From positions 876,629 through 940,628 of the forward strand of contig CAJINV010000004.1 of assembly GCA_905178155.1 (NCBI GenBank): 64,000 nt of DNA, written 5' to 3'. The position numbers and the translations under genes are program-made. A model generated the notes under the pieces. It searched no databases and was not told where the DNA came from. It was given only the letters and a program-made list of their open reading frames with translations. Below, piece after piece: positions 1 to 11,497 of the stretch. This DNA comes from Amoebophrya sp. A120. Its lineage: Eukaryota; Protista; Dinoflagellata. Position 1 is the first letter of the stretch; each line of letters starts with the position of its first letter.

Positions 1-1806
1 CCCAGCAGCGGATTTCTTCGGCGTTTTCATCTTCGTCTGCATCATCTTCCGCTTGGCCGCGATCCTACGCACAAGCTGGTCAATGCTCGCCTTGGAAAAA
101 TTTTGCTTCATCTTCGACATCGTTGTTCGTTTTGTTGTCCCCATTTTCGCTTCACCCTTCATCTTCGCTGCAATTCTGCGCACGAGCAGGTCGATCGAAG
201 TGTTGCCGACACCGACCACCTTCTTGCCAGCCAGACTGCTTGATGTTCTCTTGCTGCTCAACCGGCCACGACTTTTCGTTTTCGCTGCTGCTGCCATTTT
301 CTTCATTTTGCTTGCCATTTTTGTGATTTTCATCTTCATATTTTTGCCACCTGGTCGTGCTCCTCCCGCAGTTCGCTTTTTCGTGGTGAACGTTTTGCTT
401 CGAGCAACTTTCCTCGGACCAACCTGATGGCCGCGTCCTCTGCTCCCACCACGACCACCACCAGCTCCCATCTTCTTCATTTTCGACTCAATCCGCTCGA
501 CCAGCTGGTCGATTGTCTTTTTATCGGCCCGGGTTTTCGCCTTTTCAGCGATTTTCCGCACCAATTCGTCCAATCGCTGCTGCTCATTCGTCTTCATGTT
601 GAGCCGGGTTTTATTCGCCTTTTCCGCGATTTTCCGCACCAATTCGTCCAATCTCTGCTGCTCATTCGTCTTCATGTTGAGGAAAACCGAGGAAGTGGTC
701 TGCTGTCCTGTCGTGTTGTTCGACAACGAGGAAATACTGCTCCGTGGTTCTGGTAAAGGTGGGTTGATCTGCGCCATTACCACGTTGAACTTCTTGTTCC
801 GCGCAGTTCCAGGAGAATTCTTAGATTTTGCCCGGCGCATGAGCACCGAATTCCTTTCCTTCTCCTTGTTCAGCCGTTTTATCTCTCGCACCAGCTCGTC
901 GATCTTTTTCTTCCCGGTTTGTCCACTTTTCGCCGCCTGTTTCTCAATTCGGTTCACCAAACTGTTCAACTTTCGCATAGACGCCCGCTCCTTCAACTTC
1001 TGCAGCTCCCGGGTGGTCACCGGCTTACCGATGGCAATTCTCTGCGGCGCCTTGCTCGCAATGTTCTCATTCTCCTTGATGGTCGACTTAATTCGCTGAA
1101 ATTCCTTGGAGTGTTTCTGCTGCTCCCTCACCGCTTGCTGGATCAACTGCACCGCTTGCCACTGCATGTGCCGGTTCTTAGTCGCGATCTGCCGCACCAT
1201 TGAATTCAGACGCTGGATCTGCGAGGTGGTTGGAGATTTTTGCTTTTTCAACTGCTGATTTGTTTTCATCTTCGTGGTGGTCATTCTCGTCAGCGCTTTG
1301 CTCATCTTCGGCACCGAAGATTTCGTTCGGCGGGGAACCTTCACCTTGAAGGTCTTGTTGCGCATCACCTTCATTTTGCTCGCGGTTCTTTTCGGCGAAG
1401 AAGATTTTTTCCTTGGAACAACATCGAACTTTACCGGATCGATGCGTAGGGACACTGATTTCATGTTCACATCCCCAAGGTTCATATTAACCGCGTTAGT
1501 ACTTCTGCTTGGTTTCTTCTCTGTTTTCTTCTTCATCGCTTGCATTTTAGGCTGGGTCGTTTTCTTCTTCATCTGGACCATCTTAGTAGAAGTGGTCTTA
1601 CTTGGCTTTGGCTTGCTCGTTTTCCCCAACCTCAGCGCGCCATGCGTCGGCAAGGTCGCGATGTTTTTCTTCAACAACGCAACGCGCATCTTCGCCTGGG
1701 CAATGCGTTTCTGGATTTGGTTTAGCTGCTGGGAGTGCTTGCGCGAGTTAAATTTGGCGGTCTTCATCTTCATCACAGTTCTCGAGGATGTTGAGGTTGC
1801 CGCCAT
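1..1806 (-). CDS. Lys/Met-rich basic repeat protein, runs off the left edge (>600 aa)
   Basis: ATG at 1806 (MAATSTSSRTVMKMKTAK...), in-frame upstream TAA, no stop before position 1, so it is absent from the ORF track. KMK/MKK-rich, with 7 copies of an [IL]DxLVxxI motif. Confidence 0.7.
   Translation of the reverse strand, partial: MAATSTSSRTVMKMKTAKFNSRKHSQQLNQIQKRIAQAKMRVALLKKNIATLPTHGALRLGKTSKPKPSKTTSTKMVQMKKKTTQPKMQAMKKKTEKKPSRSTNAVNMNLGDVNMKSVSLRIDPVKFDVVPRKKSSSPKRTASKMKVMRNKTFKVKVPRRTKSSVPKMSKALTRMTTTKMKTNQQLKKQKSPTTSQIQRLNSMVRQIATKNRHMQWQAVQLIQQAVREQQKHSKEFQRIKSTIKENENIASKAPQRIAIGKPVTTRELQKLKERASMRKLNSLVNRIEKQAAKSGQTGKKKIDELVREIKRLNKEKERNSVLMRRAKSKNSPGTARNKKFNVVMAQINPPLPEPRSSISSLSNNTTGQQTTSSVFLNMKTNEQQRLDELVRKIAEKANKTRLNMKTNEQQRLDELVRKIAEKAKTRADKKTIDQLVERIESKMKKMGAGGGRGGSRGRGHQVGPRKVARSKTFTTKKRTAGGARPGGKNMKMKITKMASKMKKMAAAAKTKSRGRLSSKRTSSSLAGKKVVGVGNTSIDLLVRRIAAKMKGEAKMGTTKRTTMSKMKQNFSKASIDQLVRRIAAKRKMMQTKMKTPKKSAAG
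528..680. repeat. Two tandem ~75-78 bp copies encoding LNMKTNEQQRLDELVRKIAEKA
   Basis: Direct repeat ccgggtttt...ctcattcgtcttcatgttgag occurs twice. Confidence 0.85.
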
Positions 1807-3535
1807 AGCCTTCGCATTCTCAACCACCGCAGCGCCGCGCCCGACGGTGGGGGCTGTTATAGTTGACACGTGTAGTTATTTGCATCTGCGAAAGGATAAA
1901 AACTAACATAATCCTGCTTAGTACCACAAACGGATATGATCATGTCTTGCTCCACATGAAAGTAGGGGAAACGACAGTTAGTGCACGCCGCAAAGACATG
2001 CAATTGAAAATGACTTTCAAAATACCAGCCGGAAGCGTCTGCCCCATGGATTTCTGCAGGGGTTGCGTCGGCAAAGGGTTCCCCACTTTCGGCGGAGCCT
2101 GGTTGATCAAGTCCAAGCTCGGCGGAGCGCTGCTGAAAACTCGGGCCGGTGATTGCTGGTGCGGGTTTTGGAAGCTGAGGTAGTACTTCTGCGTCGAGAA
2201 GTACAACAAACTGTGATTTGCAGAAGTACCGATAGCTCCTGCAAGGGCGCTCGCATTCGAATTTCCTGCTCGGTTTGCCGCTGACGTCAGGCTCGACGCG
2301 GCCCCCGGGCCCGCACGCCGGAACAACGGGCCGGAGAAACAAGGGCCTAACATGGCTCAGGGACAGGCTCCAAGAAGATTGATGTAGTTCTTGATCTTGG
2401 AGAGTTGCAAATACAATTACGATCAATCGAATGCAATAAAATTGGAAAACAAATTTCAGTGGGTAGGGTTTTTTCCTGAAGGTACAAAGAGAAAGAAGCA
2501 ATTCTCTGGGCCCGCTAGAGCAACAGCTGCCGCACGAAGATAGTCCTCAGTATTTTGCACGTTGAGCAACCATGCATGTCTCTTCCTTGTGAACGAAAGC
2601 GAAACTTCCTATCTGGTGGCGCTTTCGTTGCAACCGACACCGTTCTTGATGCGTAAGCAGGACGATAAGGACGATAAACGCTTTTGCTCTGTTGCGAACG
2701 AGGGTGAGTGTGAGGCACGACAAAAGGACCGATTTTAGATTTAGAACTTGTGGGACGAGATGTTCGCATCCACCAAATCCAAAACCGACGAGCAAACACT
2801 TTTTACTTCGAATTCAATCTATTGCATCTTCGTGTTGCAGACCGAATTCCTTTAGAACAACGTACTTAGACAGACACGACAGCTTCGATTACGAGTATGC
2901 TTATGTTAGTACTTCGCATATTTCCACGCCACCGATGAAACTAGTAGCACACAAGCTTCTAGTCGTGCTGGAAAACCGACTACTCAACATCAATAAGTGC
3001 TGCCTTTGGCGGCCGATACAATCGATAAGCTGGTGCAGTACACAGGATTCTGAGAATCGCGGACAACTTTTTGGCATCGCATACACATGCAGAAGCCGTC
3101 TTCTATCGTATCCAAAAACTTCAGCCTGTCTTCTAAGTACTGAAAGTGAAATGAGAATGAGCCGGTTGTGAAGAGTCAACTTCTTGCATCGATGTCAGGC
3201 TCAAGTTCCTCGTTGTTCAAAATTGCAGCTACCCCGTCGATGATTAGGCGCTGTTGACGTAAATGCATATCCAAAAATTGAAGATCATCGTATTGAGAAT
3301 AGCCATAGGCATAGAGATAGACACTCGCACATCCTTGCAAGTCATTAAATGCGTTGTGTGGCGCAGACATCTACATTTGATGTCGTGCTGTATTAATTTG
3401 TGAAATTTTCACACAAGTATAGAGTAAGAGTACCTGTATTCTCGACCTCCTTTTCCTTTTTGATCTTCGAGCAATCATCATATTTTGTCTTTCATCCCCT
3501 CCACTTTCGTCGTTGTTGTTTCGTCTTCCAACTAC

Positions 3536-6500
3536 CTAGTTCTCCCCCATTGACCAAAGCCTGTCGTTGGTTTTCAGGCAAACAAACAGCTCCGCCCAAT
3601 TTTCTTTCCACAACCCGCACTGCGCCTGCGTGTCCAGTCGCTGATTCAGTCCCATGTACTGCTCCCCGCGGGCGAGCGAAAACCCGAAAGGATCTTCTTT
3701 CGACTCAAACCGGGGCCAGTGGGGCAGCGGCGGCAGAAGTTCTGGGTGTAATATCAATGGTTCCTCATGCTTGCCGGTCTGCCCGTCCTTCGCGGTGGAC
3801 GTAAGAACGAGACCAGAAGTTCGTGTCTTCTTCCTTGTACTACTTTCATCCACTGATGAAAACCTCGTTGTGCTATCATCTTCGAGCCGCAACGCCGCAA
3901 AACCGAAGCTCCCGATAGAACTCCGCGAAGAGCCTTCAGCACACGAGTCCTCATCCGGAACAGCCGTGCTCGCGTTGCTAGCTATGGAAGCGTCAGGTTT
4001 GAAATCGTCAAAGTTGAAATGATTTGCCATGCATAAAATGCAAGGCATGAAGTGTCTGTCTTGCCGGGATGGCAAGTGAGGCCGAGCGTCAGCCAGTTTA
4101 GGGCTTGAAGTAGAGCTGCTAAAGGAGCATGACAAAAGCAGTCGTCTGTGCACAAACAGCATGACAAATTGAGTTCTGGTGCTCGGAAAATTTGTCATGC
4201 ACCGCTTGAAAATTGGGTATCCAACTGGTATCCGTTTTATGCATGGCAAATCATAGCAACTTTGTCGATTTCAAATAACCTGACGCTTCCATACTAGCGC
4301 GGGTGTTTGTCGTGGTGTAGTCGGCACCAGGGGACATCAGCAGTCCCGCTTTCTTTATTTTCCCAGTCGGTAAGCTCGTCGGAGGTGGAGCACCGCTACT
4401 GTTTTGCGCACAACGCCCTTGCTGCGCTAGTTCTGAAGGAGCAGCCAGCTTCTTCCCTTTGTTCGACGCTCTCGGCGAGATAGTTGTGGTTCCAGCAGGA
4501 GATGATTGGAATTGCACCTGATACCCGTGAAACGGGCTCGATGTTTCCGTTCCTGTTAACATCTTCCCCCCTGTCAGCTGCAAGGTTGGGGAGCAGGAAA
4601 TCTCACCTTCTTGTTCCAATCTGGCCACATCTTCCGGGGCTAGAAAGCGTTTCATCACCATCAGGCGATTCTTAACTTTCTGCTGCTCCACTACTTTCGA
4701 TACCGAGGACACGACCCGTGTTTTTTGCAGACGTCCCTGCACAGATTTTTCGACAGAAGCTGCTTCCTCCACTCCAGCACTCCGACTCATCCCCGATGGT
4801 GAAACCGCGCCGACAGTAAAAGAGGATTGGGATGGCTCTGTCGAGGTACTACTTTGTTCCGACATTGCCAATGTTTCTTTCAACCTGCGATATTCCTGCA
4901 AGAGCGCCGATTCCAGTTCTTTTTTTTTCATAAGAAACCCAAAATCTGTGAACAGCCCGTCGTTGTGGTTTACTGTTGTGGAAGAAGTTGTTGCAGCAGT
5001 TCCACCTCCCACCCTTCCTAGCTGTGCTGCGGCTTGTGGAATTGGTCTTTGCATTGGGCCTTCGTGTCGTGACTCGTCCAGTGGTCCACCAGCAGCAGTT
5101 CCGGCAGCTGCTGAAGTTCTTCCCAGTCCATTCGGATTCCCAAAAATCGCGAAGTTGGCCCAGTACCGCGCCATCTGACTCGCCAAGGTCGCCATCTCGT
5201 TTTTCTTCTTCATCGACACAGACACAGAGGTCTTACTGCCGATTCTAAGAACTCGGTCGTGGTCACCAGCACAGAATGTTGAACTAGAAGTTCTTTTCAC
5301 CTCTGTATGTTTCGCGAACAAAGGCCAACTTTCCCAGCCGTGCGGGACTAAAGGGAGATAATTTTCGTCGTCGTTATCGTCCACATACCCGTACTCGTAA
5401 ACTGGAATCCCCTTCTCCGCCAGAACGTCGCTCGCAAATTCCGTCGGACAGGTGTACTCCCAAGAGGTGAAGGCCCGCTCAGTGGCGAAAAACCACGACT
5501 TGTGCTTCTTGAAGGGGGACTTCTCGTCCGTAATCGGCAGCGTCGGCTTAGACTGCGATTTCGGGTGCGAGAGGTAATTGAAATAAGAAGTACTGGGTGA
5601 ACCAGCTTGTTCAATAACATCTTGGTCGTGGAGGTCATCGCCTTGTTCTGGTTCTCGATCATCCATCACAACATCCTGGTCTTGATGTAGTTCACCTCCA
5701 GCCGCGGCGGCCCCTGTTTGCTGTACTAAATCCAGATGGTCACTTGCTTCCCCAGCTGGTGCACCACGTCGACCAGCTGACGCAGCCACTCCATCCTCGC
5801 CTCCTCCTGCCTCCAACAGTTGAAAGGAGGAAGACCCTCGCCGCAGCAGCCGACCACTCGCCTGGCCGGCCCAGGAGTCTCGGATCCGGGACCACACCGC
5901 TTGGTAGGCACCCCGGCCGAACTCTCGCAGGTCGTTCAACAGATTCACAGCGCAACAGCCAGCACCTCCGTTCGGACCACTGGCGTTGAGGTTGTTGTAG
6001 AGAATTGAGAACGGCTGTACTAGCATTCCACCCTTGTTGGACGCAGCAGCAGCTGCGCGGTCCTGTTCCGCATCCCGAAGGGTATCACTTTCCGCGGGCG
6101 CGTACGCGTCCGCGAGCTGTTGACTGAAATCGAAGAACCAGGAATCTTGATCTTCGCGAGCATCAAGTTCCGGACGTTCTTCGTGTGTCCTCTTCGTAAA
6201 TCCGCCTTTGGCTGGAGGACTTGATGCCGATGTTGACCACGGTTCTAGGCTTTGAAAATTTCCTTGATTTCTTGCCACCTCGGTCCTCGCCGGTGAGGTC
6301 TTCCTTTTTTCAAGGACCTGATCCGCTTCCACCACACCTCCCGGCACGTAGAAGGCCCATTTCAGATACTTCAGGAACGCCTCGCGACTGGTCAAAAGCC
6401 TGCGCCAGCTCAGCGTTTTGCGTTTCGTTTTAGTTCCAGATTTGTTCTTGAAGCCATAATTTGGCTGCATGTTGGAAGAAACTACACCATCACGACCCAC

Positions 6501-9500
6501 GGTTGCGGTGGTCCCTTGTTCGACGTGTTCTTCATCTGGAGCTATCATCTGGACATCGCCGGACGAAGAAGAAGCTCGACTCGTGGTCGCAGTACCAGTC
6601 CCACTGCCCGTCCCATTGCTCGTTTCGTCTCCACCCGATCCGCCGCTCAAAGTACCACCTTCTGCGACGCTAGAAGACGCAGAGGAGGTCGACGTCGAGC
6701 GCTGCATCCCTGATGCTGTTCCATCGTGGCCTTGATGTTCCTCGCCGTCAATGTCCATGTTCAGAATACGATCGGCCTCGTGTTGCAGCAGCTGCTGCTG
6801 CTGTCCATATTCAGAATGCGCGGCTCCCGCGTCACTCCCACCTCCGGTTAGTGGTGGTGCAACCGTTACCGGCACCTCGACCTTTGCCTCTCCCATGAAG
6901 TCCAAGCCGTCATCCCGCGTGTAGCCGTGCAACACGGGTTTCTGTGCGAAGTGCACCCCGGCCGTGCCGTACTTCAAGATCTCGGGCATGGACGCGAGGA
7001 TCTGTTTTTTGTCCACAATCAAGCTCGAATCACAGCCGGAAAAGCAGGGCGACGGAACCGGGAAACCGGCCAGATCGTACTCGGACAGCGTTTTGTGTGT
7101 GTGCACCTGCTGTTTCAACCACGCAGCCATGCAAGTCTGCTTCTCGGAGTTCTTGCGAATATCATGGAACGACGAGGACGAGTTGTTTGTTCCAGCAGCT
7201 CGCGATGGCGGTCCACCTTTGCGGTCTTTGTCACTACTTTCACTTTCCTTTGCCAGTTGTAGATCCTGCCGGCTGTTCCCGAGTTTGCTTCTCTTCAGCG
7301 CAGGAACTTTTGGCGAGTTCGCGGCAGTGGGCGGTTTCGTCGTAATTCCACCACCTGGAGACAATGATCCAGAAAATTCTTGCTGGAGATGTTGCAAAGA
7401 TGGGTCTCGAAACAAGGGCAAACTGCCCGCAGCACGGCTCTGTGGCCACGCGGTGGCAGGTCCACCTCCCGCAGCAGTTCCGAGATGTCCAGCGCCAGCG
7501 CCCGCAGGAAGAACGCCGCTGCTACTAGTACCTCCAAGCTGCAAGCATTCCGGTTCCTGTTTCAAATATTTGGTCGCCTGCACATACAAACTTTCAAATT
7601 GGTCCTCTGCCACATCCAGCCCCGCCGTGCACCACCCGTTAAAGCCCCCACTACTCGCAATTACGTTGGAAAATAGGTCGAAGCTCTTCGGCGAGACAAA
7701 ATGCGCGGAGGCCATGCAAGCCCCCGAGGACTGCCCGAACAGCGTCACACGGGTCTTGTCCCCCCCGAAGTGGTGGATGTGTCGCTGAATCCACTGCAGG
7801 GCCAGGCGCGAATCCAGCAGAGACCAGTTGGCGTAGTCGGCGTCTTTCTCCTTCTGATGATACGGGTATGCTGTGCAAAAGTATCGTACTCGTATAAATG
7901 CTAATGCAAGTCTTGCATTACAAATCTTGTTCCTAAGGCAAATCTGCATTACAAATTTCTCATGCTGATGAAATTTGTAATGCATTTATACGAGTACGAT
8001 ACTTTTGCAGTTCATAACGGGTCGCCTGCTGCAACGGCACCAGTTGTAGTACCGCTGTACACAAGCCCAGTGCTGGCCGCGTGTCCTAGCGTTCCGGCGC
8101 GGATTTGCAACGAGACAAAGAGAAATTCCTCCCTCGAATACTGGAGGAGATTCTTCAAAAACTGCTTCCCGTCGGTTTGGCTCCCGTCCGCAAAACAAGA
8201 GCCCGCGAAGTACACGAAAACGGGCATTTTCTTCGTGTGCTGCGCTGAGGTAGAAGTACTCGTCGTGCTTGTCGCGGTTCCGCCAGCAGCAGGGGCTCCT
8301 TTGACGGGTGGCTGCAGAAGTTTTTGGTGCGGCGATGATGTCTGAGTCGCAGTAGTAGAAGACGTGCCCGCGGCGGAAGCTGTAGAAGATTGGACTGCAG
8401 TTCCAATCTTTGTTCCCTGCCCTTGTTGCTTCGCCTGCAGTTCCAACGCCCTCCTGACCGGCATAGTGATGTCGAGGCGCAGGCAATTTCGGCTCGAGGC
8501 CTGGTCCGGGTTCCGGTGCAACTCGCCGTTTTGGCACCCGGATCGAGACTCAATCGCGAAAAATCGAAAGTTGGAAGGGGAGGGTGGAGGTGGTTGTACG
8601 ACTGCCACAAATGACGATCCTTGCGCTGCAGGAGCTCCTGAGGACAGTGCGTGTTGGTCCTCCGGGCGGAAAGCGGACAATCTCATCGAAGTTGCGTCAT
8701 CTTTATCCTCTCCCTGCAGTTGCCCACTATTCGCGTTCTTCTTCATCGGCACTCGGCGCCGGGTGTTCTTCGGAAGCGAATTCGACGGCGGAGATGCAAC
8801 TTGTCGCTGCGTAGACACGACCGTGCTGGTTGCCGCTCCGGCACTCGCCGCCCCGGTACTAGCGGCTCCAGCAGGTGGCGCATCAGCTCCTGGGACCACA
8901 AAAGCTGCGGGCTGTGCCACAACTACCGGCTGTCCAAGCTGATCCGCCCTCGGCGGTTTCGGGGCCTCCCAGACCTCCGCCTGTCCGTACGCAATCCCCT
9001 TGAAAGTCATATGGGACTCTCAAACGTTACACTCTCAGCTGTTACATGAATTTGTCATGCTAAACCGACCGAAACCACTACACAACCTGTAAGGGCACCT
9101 CACCGCAGATGGTTCGGCCACCAGGTCGTGGAATCAGGCGGACCGAAGCCATCGCCATCACGCTCGGGCACATCATCCTACACGCCAACTTTACCTTACT
9201 TTCGCCACCAGTCCAACTTATCGCCAACATACGTTTAACGTTCGCCAACGATCCAACTTATAGCGCTCACAAACTGCGCAGGGACCGACCAGGCTAACTG
9301 CTATGAGGAAGCAGCAGCCTGCAGCTGGTCCCATGCGTACAAAGTAGATACTATTCGGAATCTTACGGACACCGCAGGCACGAAACCAGCCTGCGATGCG
9401 GTTTAGGAAATTCCGGTAAGCATATGGCAGAGCCTTTATCTTTTGAAAGCCAAGCACCTGAGAGCCAGGCAAAGGCTAGTGTAAAGGTTGCAGCTGAGAA

Positions 9501-11465
9501 TGAATCGACGGAGCTGCACATCTTGACCTCACGATCCAAACGAGGCGCGGACGTGACGGACGATGGAGCCGCTGCGCAGCTAACATAGAAGCGCAAAACG
9601 TCAATGCCAGGCCCATTGTCGATTCCACGGCGGGAAAGCTCCCGCGTCGTGGCCCACACCATCTCCCCCAGCGCTGCCAAGCCTTGAGCTCGCATCTATT
9701 GCGCGCCCCTTTCTCGCATCTATTGTGCTTGGGGAACAAGACTCGATTGAGCTTGTTGCTACTGGCTTGGGCGAGCTGGGGGATGAATTTGTCATGCAAA
9801 ACTACCTCAAGCCGCCAGATGATCAAGCGGCTACGCATGACAAATCTCCGAAGGGCTAAACAGGGCGTAAATCTGTGCCAGCTCTGTGATGCGAAAGCAG
9901 CAAGCTTGCCTCTTCGGCTATAGCTGTTCTTGCGTTACAAATTCATGCAACAGCTGAGAGCGTAACGTTTGAGAACGCCATAAGTCACCACCTGCGGGTC
10001 TGAGAACGGGTCGTCTACCACTACCTCGTCGCGTCGAGCGTGGCCCGCTACTTCTTCCCGCCCTTTTTGTTTCTCGAACTTCTTGTTGCTCGACGCCGGT
10101 AGTTCGGTCACGTAGGTCACTTTTCCGGACTTCTGCAGGGTGTTGCTGGATAAAAAATTCACCTTCGAAGATAAAGAAGAACTGCTCCCCGGTCGTCCAA
10201 CTCCCAAAGTAGGTGTACCAGCACTACCACTCGGCGAGTTGTAGAACAAAACCTTGTCGACTGAAATCGCGATTTGCTGCGGTATCGGAACCCTCTCTTT
10301 GTTACTTGTTTTCACCAGCGGAGCAAGTGCGTCGACGTGCAGAGTCACATGCGGTTGGTGATACTGCTCAGGACCTCCTGTAAACGAGTTCTGGTCTTGT
10401 ACTTGCAGCTCAGCTGTACCACTGATCATGTCTCCGCTGCTGGCGGGCGCGAGGGACCTGGCTCTTTCGTTTTCCATGCCCTTCCTCTCGTCCTCCCCAA
10501 CATTGCTGTCTTCTTGCAACTGGATGATTTTGAAATCGGCGCTATCCGCAAAGGAAATGTCGTCCTCGTCCACGACGGTTCCGTAGCGGCCGACAAGATT
10601 CGCGGGCGCGGATGGGACATCCCGCACCCGGACCAATTGGCCCGCGGTCCACGCTGTGAAAGTACAGATGTTCGATGAAATTTAAGTACACAAAAACAGG
10701 AGGCTTCGGCTTGCTTTTATTGCAAAGATCTCGTCCCAAGAAGTAACAAGCATCGCTGTGCTACAAGCTCGCAACTTAACAGGTCGCATCTATGTTCCTG
10801 CTTGTAGGTAGCTGGCGATTAGTGTCTCAACCGATCGCCACCGGAGCTTGACCGATCGCCAACGGAGCAGGCACAAAAGGGAAATCTAAAAAACAAAATC
10901 TACAAAACATCAAAAATAACATCAAGTACGGATGACACAGGTGTGAAACCCCGACCCTCCGATGCTTCCGTTGCAGCCGTTCCCTTCAAAGCCAATCCGG
11001 CAGCACATCCCCCCGGTGCCGCACGCGGCGCAGGGACCGTTTTCGTGGTCGCATATCCTGTGCAAAAGTATCGCACTCGTGCTAATTGCCTTTATGCATT
11101 ACAAATTCAATTTTTCATGCTGAGAAAATTTGCAATGCAGTTTGTACTAGTTCGATGCTTTTGCAATGCATATCACAGTGGTTCCAACAATCGTCCTCGC
11201 CGGGCTGGAGAACTATGGCTTCACCGCCCTCACCGCCGCCGCCCATGTTCCCGAAAATATTGCAGGCGTCGCCCCGACTGCTCCGGGTTCTGGTGAGGGC
11301 GGAAACAGATGAAGCACGATAGAGTATCGTCACCGTGAGGACCATGGCGCTCAGCATTTGTGCCATTTGTAGTCCTCTCTTGCATTTTTTTGCTCGCAAG
11401 ATCATCTTCGGTAGCTGCGATGACCAGGTGCGGAAAACGCCACCTGCACCAGGCAAAAATGACAT
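3536..11465 (-). CDS. Type-B carboxylesterase/cholinesterase-family protein with N-terminal hydrophobic segment and Cys-rich domain; 6 exons, ~2026 aa
   Basis: Exons approx 11465-11173, 11048-10930, 10653-9983, 9004-8017, 7861-4294, 3977-3536. Motifs: VTFKGIAY, NCLRLDITMP, PVFVYFAGSCF, NWSLLDSRLALQWIQRHIHHFGGDKTRVTLFGQSSG (nucleophile), GYTRDDG, PHGWE, YWANFAIFGNPN, HWPRF...QCGLW. One GT-AG intron (10929-10654) and four introners. Confidence 0.85.
3983..4293. mobile_element. Introner (family I, TATGGAAGCGTCAGG termini)
   Basis: ~55-60 bp imperfect terminal IR; flanking 5-bp DR ctagc. Removing 316 nt joins the two esterase ORF frames. Confidence 0.9.
7867..8016. mobile_element. Introner family A (TATnnnnTGCAAAAGTATCG)
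   Basis: IR termini; DR acggg. Removing 155 nt gives GDPYHQKEKDADYANWSLLD. Confidence 0.92.
9010..9982. mobile_element. Introner family D (TATGG..CTCAAACGTTAC) carrying a nested 722-bp insertion
   Basis: ~50-bp IR; DR agtca. Removing 978 nt gives DPQVVTFKGIAY. Ends align with the 216-bp copy at 24703-24918. Confidence 0.9.
9061..9782 (-). ncRNA. Putative retroposed structured RNA / SINE-like insertion with 15-bp TSD
   Basis: Flanked by atgaatttgtcatgc at 9046-9060 and 9783-9797. At least 6 stem-loop domains with G-U pairs favouring the minus strand; no convincing ORF. Confidence 0.6.
11054..11172. mobile_element. Introner family A
   Basis: TATCCTGTGCAAAAG / CTTTTGCAATGCATA; DR tcgca/tcaca. 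Removal joins CWNHCD-HENGPC. Confidence 0.88.
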
Positions 11466-11497
11466 GGATCTTGTGTGTTTGTTGTAACTCGGAAAGA

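Noticed and set aside
53-1906. Hydrophobic plus-strand ORFs (Phe/Leu/Ile-rich)
   Set aside because: Antisense shadows of the Lys-rich minus-strand gene.
2690-3370. Protein-like short ORFs between the first two genes
   Set aside because: No recognisable domain or splice model; could be a decayed gene but is unsupported.
7867-7985. ORF-track start MHYKFHQ... of the 1244-aa ORF, and recurring peptides such as CKSIVLV, QKYRTR and CKNVWVW
   Set aside because: Translations of introner termini, not real protein sequence.
9061-9782. Group I/II intron, hammerhead or telomerase RNA identity for the structured insert (CCUAAACC near 9400)
   Set aside because: No GUGYG/domain V or CUGANGA-GAAA core recognised, and an 8-nt telomere-complementary match is expected by chance.
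9218-9838. Short ORFs in the long introner as a possible transposase
   Set aside because: At most 120 aa, no DDE or other motif, and the region is better explained by RNA structure.
10830-10870. 21-bp tandem repeat accgatcgcca.cggagc in the canonical esterase intron
   Set aside because: Two copies only, consistent with ordinary slippage.
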